This document shows positions 1-7,555 of a stretch of 24,594 bases of DNA, in pieces. The number at the start of each line of letters is the position of its first letter. Within the stretch, counting starts at the first letter, position 1. This DNA is from an uncultured Candidatus Saccharibacteria bacterium (lineage in GTDB: Bacteria; Patescibacteriota; Minisyncoccia; UBA6257; UBA11618), in NCBI GenBank assembly GCA_964432405.1, contig CAYSNH010000002.1, positions 1 to 24,594 on the forward strand. Direction: 5' to 3'. Made by a program: the position numbers and the translations under genes. The notes beneath the pieces were generated by a model. It saw only the letters and a list, made by a program, of their open reading frames with translations. It searched no databases and was not told the DNA's origin.

Positions 1-911
1 TAGATCTTTAAATATTTTCGAATAGCTACATGAGCAGAAACAACTCCCAAAGACACTCCAAAAACCAATTGATAACTAGCTAGCTTCCAAAAATTGTTAG
101 CGTAATAACTAGCGAGACTAGTATCGGAAACGAAGAACTTAAGATAGGGCGATACAAAGCCCACAATAGGCCAAATGATAACCATACTAAGAATAGCTGC
201 GATGACGCTATAAATAATACCAGTGACAACATAAGGGCCGACAATGAAATTGTTAGGCGATCCCATCAGCCTCATTACCCCCAATTCTTCTCTGTTAGAA
301 TAGATAGCTAAGCTAATAGTATTAAAAGTTACCAAAATAGCAGCAATTGATAGGAACAAGGTTAAGCCAAAGCCAAATTTTTCAGCCGTATCAACAATAT
401 TACCCAGCCTTTCTATAACCAATTGATTTTGGCGATAGGTAGTTTTTTCAATAACCGGCTGCCAAGTTGCCTGCTTATCCAAAAAGGCTACGATATCAGA
501 ATAATCATTAGGATTATTAGCTTTGACATTTAATGAGGCGGCAAGAGGGTTATCATCTAATTCTCGTAGCGCTTGGTTGATGGTAGGGTCGTCCTCATGA
601 CGTTTTTTGAACATAGCTAGGGCCTTCTCTCTCGAAATGAATTCTACCTGCTTAACGTTCTCTTGTTGCTCTAATCTTCTTTGAATGGTCAAAATACTAC
701 CCTCTTTAGCTTCAGGGGTGAAATATATACTAACGTCGATCTTGTTTTTTAAATTAGCTATACCGGTTTCGGTCATTACCCGAAAGAGAATCAATCCTTG
801 GAAGATAGTTAGGGTTAATAATAATATGCTTATGGTAGCAACAGATAGCCAGCGATTACGCTTAAAATTATTCCAGCCGTATTTAAATATTCTAGAGATT
901 ATAGTAGTCAT
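1..911 (-). CDS. ftsX: Cell-division ABC transporter permease FtsX; essentially full length, stop codon lies on the window edge
   Basis: Absent from the ORF track because it runs off the left edge. Reverse-strand ATG at 911..909, one nt after the ftsE stop. Hand translation begins MTTIISRIFKYGWNNFKRNRWLSVATISILLLTLTIF and ends GVSLGVVSAHVAIRKYLKI, followed by TA- at the edge. TM / extracytoplasmic loop / C-terminal TM layout and position after ftsE fit FtsX. Confidence 0.8.
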   Translation of the reverse strand, partial: MTTIISRIFKYGWNNFKRNRWLSVATISILLLTLTIFQGLILFRVMTETGIANLKNKIDVSIYFTPEAKEGSILTIQRRLEQQENVKQVEFISREKALAMFKKRHEDDPTINQALRELDDNPLAASLNVKANNPNDYSDIVAFLDKQATWQPVIEKTTYRQNQLVIERLGNIVDTAEKFGFGLTLFLSIAAILVTFNTISLAIYSNREELGVMRLMGSPNNFIVGPYVVTGIIYSVIAAILSMVIIWPIVGFVSPYLKFFVSDTSLASYYANNFWKLASYQLVFGVSLGVVSAHVAIRKYLKI

Positions 912-912
912 T

Positions 913-1596
913 TTATTTTAAAATATAACGTCCTTTTTTCTCGTCCCTTATAATCTTACCATTATCCATACTGATAACTCTTTTACCAAGATTGTTGATA
1001 ATATCTTTGTTATGAGTGGCTAATAACACGGTAGTTCCTAGCTCATTAATCTTTAAAAGAATATTAATAATTTCCCAGGTATTACCAGGATCCAGATTAC
1101 CAGTTGGCTCATCAGCAATTATTAAAGCTGGTCGATTGACCATGGATCGAGCAATAGCTACCCGCTGTCTCTCACCTCCTGATAGTTCATGAGGAAAGTT
1201 ATTAACTCTATCAGCTAAACCAACCATATCTAAGACTTGTGGAATAACCTCATCTATTTCTTGCTTGGTTTTTCCACTAGCCTCCATAGCAAATTGAATA
1301 TTTTCATAGGCGGTTTTTAAAGGAAGGAGACGAAAATCTTGAAAAACAATACCAATCTTACGTCTCAAAAAAGGAATATCTTTGTGATTCAATCTACCAA
1401 TCTCATGCTCGCCAAACAGAACCTTGCCACGAGTCGCCTTCTCTTCACCGATAAGAAGTTTAATAATGGTTGATTTTCCAGCACCAGATTTACCAACCAG
1501 GGTGACAAATTCTTTAGGATTGATTTTGAAAGAAACGTTATCTAAAGCGGCAGAATTACTATTATATATTTTAGAAACGTTAATAAAGTTAATCAT
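913..1596 (-). CDS. ftsE: Cell-division ATP-binding protein FtsE (ABC ATPase)
   Basis: Walker [13 protein letters not shown] signature LSGGERQR, Walker [14 protein letters not shown]-loop ATHN. 227 aa, directly upstream of ftsX. Confidence 0.9.
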   Translation of the reverse strand: MINFINVSKIYNSNSAALDNVSFKINPKEFVTLVGKSGAGKSTIIKLLIGEEKATRGKVLFGEHEIGRLNHKDIPFLRRKIGIVFQDFRLLPLKTAYENIQFAMEASGKTKQEIDEVIPQVLDMVGLADRVNNFPHELSGGERQRVAIARSMVNRPALIIADEPTGNLDPGNTWEIINILLKINELGTTVLLATHNKDIINNLGKRVISMDNGKIIRDEKKGRYILK

Positions 1597-1600
1597 GCGA

Positions 1601-2323
1601 TTATAATTCTAACTCGGCTTCTATGAACTTATCAAGCTTTCCCTCTAAAACATCCTCGGGTTGATTGACGGTAACGCCAGTTCGATGATCTTTGACTTTT
1701 TTATAGGGGTGGAGGACGTAAGAGCGAATCTGATTTCCCCACTCAGGGGTTATTTTGGTTCGTAAATTACCAAGCTCCTTTTCTTGCTTCTCCTCCATTA
1801 ACTTAAATAAGCGAGCTTTTAGGAGGTTAAGGGCTTTTTCTTTATTTTGCATTTGAGATCTTTCTGCTTGAGAGGCAGCGCTAAGACCGGTTGGTAGATG
1901 GACTATCCGAACAGCGGTTTCACGCTTATTAACGTTCTGACCACCCGGACCACTAGAGCGAGACATCTCCACCTTTAAATCGTCCTCGGGTATTTGTATT
2001 TGACCAGCTTCTAATTCAGGCAGTTCTGGCACTATCTCCACCAAAGCAAAAGAGGTGTGGCGTAGTTTTTTAGAAGAAAAAGGAGAGATCCTAACAAGAC
2101 GATGAACACCAACTTCATTTTTAAGATTGCCGTAAGCATAGTCTCCTTTTATCTCTAGTTGTAAATCATCAGTAACAACAACCTTCCAGCCCCTTTTTTG
2201 AGCATATTTGTGGTACATATTGAATAGCATATGCGACCAATCTTTAGCATCATCACCACCAGCACCAGCATAGATAGAGAGATGAGCATTATTACGATCG
2301 TATTTTTTATCTAATGATTTCAT
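1601..2323 (-). CDS. prfB: Peptide chain release factor 2, N-terminally minimal (domains 2-4 only, 240 aa)
   Basis: SPF stop-codon recognition tripeptide (RISPFSS), GGQ motif (SGPGGQNVN), and RF2-like GVHRLVR and IRSYVLHPY blocks. Aligns to E. coli RF2 only from about residue 105 onward. The ATG is 1 nt from the tRNA-Thr 3' end. Confidence 0.85.
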   Translation of the reverse strand: MKSLDKKYDRNNAHLSIYAGAGGDDAKDWSHMLFNMYHKYAQKRGWKVVVTDDLQLEIKGDYAYGNLKNEVGVHRLVRISPFSSKKLRHTSFALVEIVPELPELEAGQIQIPEDDLKVEMSRSSGPGGQNVNKRETAVRIVHLPTGLSAASQAERSQMQNKEKALNLLKARLFKLMEEKQEKELGNLRTKITPEWGNQIRSYVLHPYKKVKDHRTGVTVNQPEDVLEGKLDKFIEAELEL

Positions 2324-2324
2324 G

Positions 2325-2396
2325 AGCCGGAGGTGAGATTCGAACTCACGACCTCTACTTTACGAAAGTATTGCTCTGCCCCTGAGCTACACCGGC
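2325..2396 (-). tRNA. tRNA-Thr (anticodon CGU), CCA not encoded
   Basis: Hand-folded cloverleaf on the reverse strand: acceptor GCCGGTG/CTCCGGC (one U-U), D arm GCTC-AGGGGCA-GAGC, anticodon arm ATACT-TTCGTAA-AGTAG, T arm GTGAG-TTCGAAT-CTCAC, discriminator T. 72 nt. Confidence 0.85.
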
Positions 2397-2407
2397 AATA
2401 TGACCTT

Positions 2408-2436
2408 ATTATCCCTTATTTTATTACTTTTTTCAA
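2408..2436 (-). promoter_or_regulatory. Sigma-70-like promoter for tRNA-Thr (and prfB-ftsEX)
   Basis: Reverse strand TTGAAA (2436..2431), 17-nt spacer, GATAAT (2413..2408), 11 nt upstream of the tRNA 5' end. Confidence 0.45.
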
Positions 2437-2447
2437 ACATCCTTGGA

Positions 2448-2475
2448 TTGACATGTTTAATACATAATGTATGAT
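2448..2475 (+). promoter_or_regulatory. Sigma-70-like promoter for the 2512..3054 gene, back to back with the tRNA promoter
   Basis: TTGACA (2448..2453), 16-nt spacer, TATGAT (2470..2475). Followed by a strong SD, AAAGGAGG, a few nt before the ATG at 2512. Confidence 0.45.
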
Positions 2476-2511
2476 TTTTAGACTAGCTCTTTAAAAATCA
2501 AAGGAGGATAA

Positions 2512-3054
2512 ATGTCAAAAGAAATGCCAAAAAATGCTTTCCAGAGCGCAAAGTTTATATTACAAAAAGAGAACTCCAGTCTGGCAAATAGCATTTACAG
2601 AATGTTGTTAGAAAATGATTTTGTTCGAGAAGAGAAACTTCAACCATCTTTTGTTGGTTTCCTTAGCTTAATAAAACTGATTAAGGAGGGATTATCTATT
2701 TCAAAGAAGCGATTTGGTAGGAGAGGAATACCTCAAAACCTCACAATCGTTACCGCTGACTGCAACAAACCTCCAGAAAGGTTTTGTTATCAAGCAGAGA
2801 ATGACGAGTTGATTATAGGGATGCTGTTCTTAGCACGCAACGTTGTTAAGCTAGAAAAGAACCAAAAGGTGAAGATGTTAAATCAAAGCCTGACTATCTT
2901 TCAGGCAGTGAAATTGATAACTGTTCAGGAGTGCTACCATCGATATCTAATCAGATCATCAGGGAGAAGATTAGACCAAAAAACCAGAGAGGCTGTGAAA
3001 GTAGAAGCTCAACAAAAAGTTTTGGAGATGATCAAGGGTGAGTCTATCGTTTAA
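2512..3054 (+). CDS. Hypothetical protein, 180 aa, no recognisable domain
   Basis: ORF with its own promoter, canonical SD and terminator. Lone plus-strand gene in a minus-strand block. No motif recognised by eye. Confidence 0.6.
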   Translation: MSKEMPKNAFQSAKFILQKENSSLANSIYRMLLENDFVREEKLQPSFVGFLSLIKLIKEGLSISKKRFGRRGIPQNLTIVTADCNKPPERFCYQAENDELIIGMLFLARNVVKLEKNQKVKMLNQSLTIFQAVKLITVQECYHRYLIRSSGRRLDQKTREAVKVEAQQKVLEMIKGESIV

Positions 3055-3064
3055 GCTTGCTCAG

Positions 3065-3088
3065 GCCGCTAAATAAGCGGCTTTTTTA
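3065..3088 (+). terminator. Rho-independent terminator
   Basis: GCCGCT (3065..3070), loop AAATA, AGCGGC (3076..3081), then a T-run at 3082..3087. The T-run overlaps the stop codon of the convergent minus-strand gene. Confidence 0.6.
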
Positions 3089-3658
3089 TTTTCTTTTAAT
3101 TCCCGACTCGGTCCATGAAAATTCTTTGGTAAAAATATGAACCTTGGCTTCTTTCTTTTGATTCTTTAACCAACTATTAAAATCTCTATTTTCTGACGAG
3201 AATCTTTCTTCAATCAACTCCCTTTCAGCCTGTGGAATGAGAATGACGTCTTTAAAATCATTAAAATCTAGATTAAACAAAGCACTGGCGGCGGCTTTTA
3301 ACTTAGGATCTTGAAGGTATTTTTTAACTTTAGCTGCTACTAATTCTTGCTTCTTGTCCCCCATTAGCTCATTGATGTTATCGGCGATAATAATTTTTTC
3401 AATTACTTTATCTAAAGTAGCTTGCTTTATATCCTTTTTTATTTTTTTAATCTGCTTCTTACTAACCTCCTCTCCTTTATATGTATGAAGTATTTGGCTG
3501 TAGTATTTAAGAGCTGAGTTATATTCTTTTTCCACCTCACTCCCCCAAACAAGCTGAGAATTAACTAAAGCAATTGGATACCATCCAGAACGAATCATGT
3601 TTAACGCCCCAAAGCCTAGAAAGACTATGGCTATTAAGATAATGTATAATTTTTTCAT
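3086..3658 (-). CDS. Membrane-anchored SurA-N-terminal/PpiD-like chaperone-like protein (tentative)
   Basis: N-terminal TM (LYIILIAIVFLGFGAL), then IALVNSQLVWGSEVEKEY and a helical Lys-rich region resembling SurA_N-type domains. No PPIase motif seen. Its start overlaps the upstream stop by 4 nt (ATGA). Confidence 0.4.
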   Translation of the reverse strand: MKKLYIILIAIVFLGFGALNMIRSGWYPIALVNSQLVWGSEVEKEYNSALKYYSQILHTYKGEEVSKKQIKKIKKDIKQATLDKVIEKIIIADNINELMGDKKQELVAAKVKKYLQDPKLKAAASALFNLDFNDFKDVILIPQAERELIEERFSSENRDFNSWLKNQKKEAKVHIFTKEFSWTESGIKRK

Positions 3659-3927
3659 TGAGATTCTGGAACAACTATAATGAGTTTTTCGCCTGGTTTA
3701 ACATAATTAAACCGCGATCGAAGTTCTTTTTCAAGATTGTCTGCGTTTTTAAGGTATTTTATTTCAGCCAATAATTCACCATTTTCATTAAGAAGGGGTT
3801 GTAACTCACTTCCTATTTTATCAAGATCGGTTTGTAGGGCGGTTCTTTGTTTACTGAGAGAGTAAATTTGAAAGCCTAAGCCAGCTATACAAATGATTAA
3901 TATAATACCAAATAAGGTTTTCATCAA
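3655..3927 (-). CDS. Septum formation initiator family protein (FtsB/DivIC-like)
   Basis: 90 aa: N-terminal TM, leucine-zipper-like coiled coil, C-terminal LEKELRSRFNYVKPGEKLIIV typical of the FtsB/DivIC family. ORF-track start is TTG at 3927; an ATG follows at 3924. Stop is TGA at 3655..3657. Confidence 0.65.
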   Translation of the reverse strand: MMKTLFGIILIICIAGLGFQIYSLSKQRTALQTDLDKIGSELQPLLNENGELLAEIKYLKNADNLEKELRSRFNYVKPGEKLIIVVPESQ

Positions 3928-5406
3928 TTAGAACCCTCCAGGACTAGTGGGAATAGGTATCACTCCTCCAGGACCAGGACTAGTGGGAATAGGTATCACT
4001 CCAGGTGTAGGAGGAATGGTAGGTGCTCCTGGTGATACAGGTCCAGGAGTAGAAGGAAAGGTTGGAGAAGTAGGAAAATTTGGAATGGTGGGTGTTATAG
4101 GAGTTGCGCCAGGTGTTACTGGCCCTCCTGGATTAGTTCCTGGAGTTTGCGGATTTCCTATTATTGGCGGTGTTTTCGGTTCTGTGATTTGAACATCGCT
4201 AGGAGGATTAGGCTCTGGAGTAGCTGGGCCAGCACTACCATATATGCCAAAATTCCACTTTAATGGATCTTGGGGAATATAAACATTATCAGGAACCATT
4301 GAAACTATAAGGCACTTGGGATCAGGTTGGTTTTTAAGTTTTAGGCACATTCCTGTGAGCGGCATACCTATCACGTGATTAGTGAAATTTTGATGAGGAA
4401 TAGCCATCTCATTAAAATATTTTGGGTCTATCACAGGAAGTTTCGTAGGACCCTTGTCTATCTGCTCAACTATAAAAGTATCTGAATTATTACCAGTCAA
4501 ATTAGGTCTATCTATTCGGGGCCCCGCTCCAATAACAACGGGTCCATTTTCTATATAATCTGATATATTAGCAAAAGCTCCATCTTCTCCATAAAAATCA
4601 CTAATAGGCATGACTACTCCTTGCGTACTGTCATTTATTTTGGTTAACGAATCTCTATAAGCTTGCTCTAAACGCGGATCACCTCTCCAACTTCTTGGCA
4701 TGGGCAACCAAGGAAATATTTCTCCTGGTTTAAGCCATCTACTATCACCAATAGTTATTGAATGATAATAATCATCTTTTATAGTGTACATTTCTTTATA
4801 CAGATCACTATCTGGAGTGGTTCCAACAAATATACCTACAGTTTTACCATCAGGACCCCTAACTGGAGCTCCTGGAAGTAAATTGACTATAAGATCATTG
4901 GGGAAAACAAACTGGCCAACTTTTGGATCATATTTTAAGCCAGTTAAAACTGGTTTACCATCCGCACCTATGTATGGAATGGTGTATATAATAGTATTGC
5001 CATTTTTATCAAGTCCAGTTTTAGATGGATCATTTCCTGGATTGAGAAAGGTTGGAATGTCGTCTAGCTTAGGATCCATAATAGTATATATGTATCTAAA
5101 TCCGGTGGGACCATTAGGACCAACAAGAGGTTTTGTTACCACACCTACAGATCCAGTAGTGAGGTCTTTGATACTACCAACCGGATAAACAAAAGGCCTT
5201 CCTTTAATGTGCTGATCAGGATAATGATAAAGAACCGGCCTAAAGTGACCGGGAGTAATTTCAACCTGAACATAAACACCTCCACTAATATCGATGCCCT
5301 GAGCTCGAACTCGTTTTTCTTCAGGTAATTTTGGATAGATTATTAATACAAAGAGTATTAATGAGATATAAAAGACTAATTTTTTATTTTTATTTTTATT
5401 TTTCAT
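3928..5406 (-). CDS. Membrane-anchored or secreted protein of unknown function with a Pro/Thr/Gly-rich C-terminal tail (492 aa)
   Basis: MKNKNKNKK plus hydrophobic helix at the N-terminus, about 400 aa of unrecognisable globular sequence, then a roughly 90-aa P/T/G low-complexity tail ending in a duplicated GVIPIPTSPG unit. Confidence 0.7.
   Translation of the reverse strand: MKNKNKNKKLVFYISLILFVLIIYPKLPEEKRVRAQGIDISGGVYVQVEITPGHFRPVLYHYPDQHIKGRPFVYPVGSIKDLTTGSVGVVTKPLVGPNGPTGFRYIYTIMDPKLDDIPTFLNPGNDPSKTGLDKNGNTIIYTIPYIGADGKPVLTGLKYDPKVGQFVFPNDLIVNLLPGAPVRGPDGKTVGIFVGTTPDSDLYKEMYTIKDDYYHSITIGDSRWLKPGEIFPWLPMPRSWRGDPRLEQAYRDSLTKINDSTQGVVMPISDFYGEDGAFANISDYIENGPVVIGAGPRIDRPNLTGNNSDTFIVEQIDKGPTKLPVIDPKYFNEMAIPHQNFTNHVIGMPLTGMCLKLKNQPDPKCLIVSMVPDNVYIPQDPLKWNFGIYGSAGPATPEPNPPSDVQITEPKTPPIIGNPQTPGTNPGGPVTPGATPITPTIPNFPTSPTFPSTPGPVSPGAPTIPPTPGVIPIPTSPGPGGVIPIPTSPGGF
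3938..4002. repeat. Perfect 29-bp direct repeat with 36-bp period inside the C-terminal tail coding region
   Basis: ccaggactagtgggaataggtatcactcc occurs at 3938..3966 and again at 3974..4002. It encodes the duplicated 12-aa GVIPIPTSPGPG unit. Confidence 0.9.
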
Positions 5407-5418
5407 AAATATAATTTA

Positions 5419-6447
5419 CTACTTAGGGAATTCAAATGGCTTGGTTGGGTCTGAATATATGGTTCCCAGATCCTTTTTGCCTACTGGCAAAGGAGGTCTT
5501 GGGTTGGGAGGTTTTGGCCTAGGAGATGCCTGAGATTGATTTAATCTTTTTTCATAATCTGCTTTAATTTTTTGAGCTATTTTTAAAGCTTTATCTAGCT
5601 CTCCTAATGGAGTGAATGTCCTAATTGGTACCTGTCTAACAAAAGGAAAGGGGTCAAATACACTTCTATATCTTCCCGTAAAATGACCTGGATAATCATA
5701 AACATTAAAGTAATCTTCATAATCTGCTCCAAGATATTTCTTGAAATGACCTCTTAAAGTTAAGCCTTCTGCAGTTCTATGATTGGGATCTAAAAAAATA
5801 TTTCCTTTGTTTTTTACTGGACTAGGTCGGGGCGTTACTACGGGAGGTTTAACTGGCTTCCATCCACCATCATCAAGAATTATTATATCAGGCTTAGGCT
5901 TAGGCTTAGGGGTTGGCTTAGGGGTTGGTTTAGGGGCTGGTTTATTTTGATCAAGATAGCCTTGAATGATTTCTGCAGGTGTCCTTTCATCAGCAGGTTG
6001 TCCCATATTAATAATAACAGATGGATCTGTTTTTTCCAGAAATACAACCTCTATATTTTGACCATAATATGTTCCAGTTAGTGTTCCATCCGGCTCTTTA
6101 GCTGAATAATAGTTTTTAATGAGATCTGCTATAAATTTTTTATCATCCTTTTTTTCCTCCGATCGAATACTCACCCATACTTCATGATTTTTATCAAACT
6201 CACCATTTAGTATAAGATGAGCTTTTAATATGTAGTAATCAATGCCGCTTTTGATGGGGCCCAACCCCCCAGGAGCTTCTTTGTATTTATATATTATATC
6301 AAAATTATATTTAATTATACCTACTTCAAAAACTCCTTTCTCTTCAGCTTTAATAAAAGGACTTTCTAATTTAAAAAGAAAAACCATCACTAAAATAGCT
6401 ATAACCAGCCAAATTATCTTATCTATTTTTTTTGCTCTAGTAGTCAT
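5419..6447 (-). CDS. Membrane-anchored protein of unknown function with a central (K/T/A)P repeat linker (342 aa)
   Basis: N-terminal basic stretch plus TM (IIWLVIAILVMVFLF), two unrecognisable domains separated by KPAPKPTPKPTPKPKPKP, and a Pro-rich C-terminus. Confidence 0.7.
   Translation of the reverse strand: MTTRAKKIDKIIWLVIAILVMVFLFKLESPFIKAEEKGVFEVGIIKYNFDIIYKYKEAPGGLGPIKSGIDYYILKAHLILNGEFDKNHEVWVSIRSEEKKDDKKFIADLIKNYYSAKEPDGTLTGTYYGQNIEVVFLEKTDPSVIINMGQPADERTPAEIIQGYLDQNKPAPKPTPKPTPKPKPKPDIIILDDGGWKPVKPPVVTPRPSPVKNKGNIFLDPNHRTAEGLTLRGHFKKYLGADYEDYFNVYDYPGHFTGRYRSVFDPFPFVRQVPIRTFTPLGELDKALKIAQKIKADYEKRLNQSQASPRPKPPNPRPPLPVGKKDLGTIYSDPTKPFEFPK
5891..5940. repeat. Hexanucleotide tandem array (GGCTTA/GGGGTT units) encoding the Lys/Thr-Pro linker
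   Basis: ggctta ggctta ggctta ggggtt ggctta ggggtt ggttta ggggct, read directly from the sequence. Confidence 0.85.
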
Positions 6448-6454
6448 TTATATT

Positions 6455-7555
6455 TTATTTTTGAGCATCTATTAAAGCCTGTCTCGCTTCTTCTTGTTGT
6501 CTTAGTAAAGTCTTCCATCCTGGTTTATCTAAAAACTTATTTAATGAGGTACTAGAGCAACCTATATTTCTTGGTGGCTTAGTTGCCGGATCTACAGAAT
6601 TACAAACGCCAAAAACAGAAATCACGCCGGTTCTAGAGTCAACGTTATATATCCCACCGCCCGATCTGCCTCCTTCTACTTCAAGATTATTTCTAGGATC
6701 AATAAAAATAAGTTCTCCTGATGGACCAATAAAGTTACTCTCAGTAACTACGCAACTAGTTTGAGGAGTAGGAATTTGACCAGGTTGAGGAAAATAGGCA
6801 GGTAATCCACCATGAGGACAGCCTACTTGAAAGACTTTATTGCCTTTTTCAGGCGGGGTTGAAGAAATAATGACTGAGGGCAATTCTGATGCCGCAGGTA
6901 TGGAGACAATTGCTAAATCAGGCGCACTATCCCATTGATTAACTATTCCTGTTACCGTTTTGATAATCTTTCCATTTATATCAAAAATCTCAATTTTAAC
7001 TTTTCCATCACTATCATCTCTAATAACGTGCCAATTAGTGATAATAGCCTCTCTTCTTCTCCCTTTTTTATCAATATACTCACCAATTGAAAATCCACTA
7101 CCTTTTCCCATGCCTTGTGGATTACTGGTTGTAATTCTAACATTAGCTAGTTTAGCATTCTTTATCTGATCTTCCATAGAAGGAATGCTTATGGGAGGCT
7201 CTATTTCTGGATAGTCATCAGCACTAATATCAATTCCTTCGTTCCTTCGAAGATCTTCTTCGAGTCGTTGCCTACCCCTTTCATTATCCCGTGGATCGAA
7301 ATTAGTAATAATTGGATCTTCATTAATTAACTTGCCATCTTTCTCTATCGTAATGACATAAAGAGTCATACCATCCTGAACTCTTTTTTCAATATCTATA
7401 TCAATGCCTGGCTGTTCAGCAAAAATTACTGGCTGATCAATAACACCAGAATCCTGACTTACCGTTACCACACCTAGCAACAAGGTAAAAACAGCAATTA
7501 AAAGCCACCAGAGCGAGTTTTCTTTAAATTTTCTAAATAAAGGGTTGTTGATCAT
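6455..7555 (-). CDS. Membrane-anchored trypsin-fold (PA clan, S1-like) serine protease
   Basis: N-terminal TM (LWWLLIAVFTLLLGVVTV). Candidate catalytic triad in canonical order: His in ITNWHVIRD, Asp in APDLAIVSI, Ser in GGRSGGGIY. No PDZ domain seen. Confidence 0.65.
   Translation of the reverse strand: MINNPLFRKFKENSLWWLLIAVFTLLLGVVTVSQDSGVIDQPVIFAEQPGIDIDIEKRVQDGMTLYVITIEKDGKLINEDPIITNFDPRDNERGRQRLEEDLRRNEGIDISADDYPEIEPPISIPSMEDQIKNAKLANVRITTSNPQGMGKGSGFSIGEYIDKKGRRREAIITNWHVIRDDSDGKVKIEIFDINGKIIKTVTGIVNQWDSAPDLAIVSIPAASELPSVIISSTPPEKGNKVFQVGCPHGGLPAYFPQPGQIPTPQTSCVVTESNFIGPSGELIFIDPRNNLEVEGGRSGGGIYNVDSRTGVISVFGVCNSVDPATKPPRNIGCSSTSLNKFLDKPGWKTLLRQQEEARQALIDAQK

Noticed and set aside
685-921. 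78-aa plus-strand ORF from the ORF track
   Set aside because: It lies entirely antisense to the well-supported ftsX reading frame. The sequence is hydrophobic and low-complexity, typical of AT-rich antisense frames, and has no SD or promoter.
1424-1606. 60-aa plus-strand ORF
   Set aside because: Antisense to ftsE and the prfB 3' end, with no expression signals.
1601-2323. Programmed +1 frameshift site (CUU UGA C) expected in prfB
   Set aside because: In RF2 genes the frameshift site lies near codon 25, in domain 1. That whole region is absent here, and no such motif occurs at the 5' end of the ORF.
3947-4192. 81-aa Gly-rich plus-strand ORF
   Set aside because: It is the mirror image of the Pro-rich tail of the minus-strand gene: CCN Pro codons read as NGG Gly on the other strand. 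It is a compositional artefact.
4784-5188. 134-aa plus-strand ORF inside the 492-aa gene
   Set aside because: It is long, but fully embedded antisense in a gene that is part of a tightly coupled operon. It has no SD or promoter and is Pro/Gly/Ser-rich, mirroring the sense strand. It cannot be excluded without expression data, but there is no positive evidence.
5383-5406. (AAAAAT)3 repeat at the 5' end of the 492-aa gene (MKNKNKNKK) as a phase-variation switch
   Set aside because: The unit is 6 nt, so slippage keeps the reading frame and would only change the number of Asn-Lys pairs in the cytoplasmic N-terminus. It is not an on/off switch.
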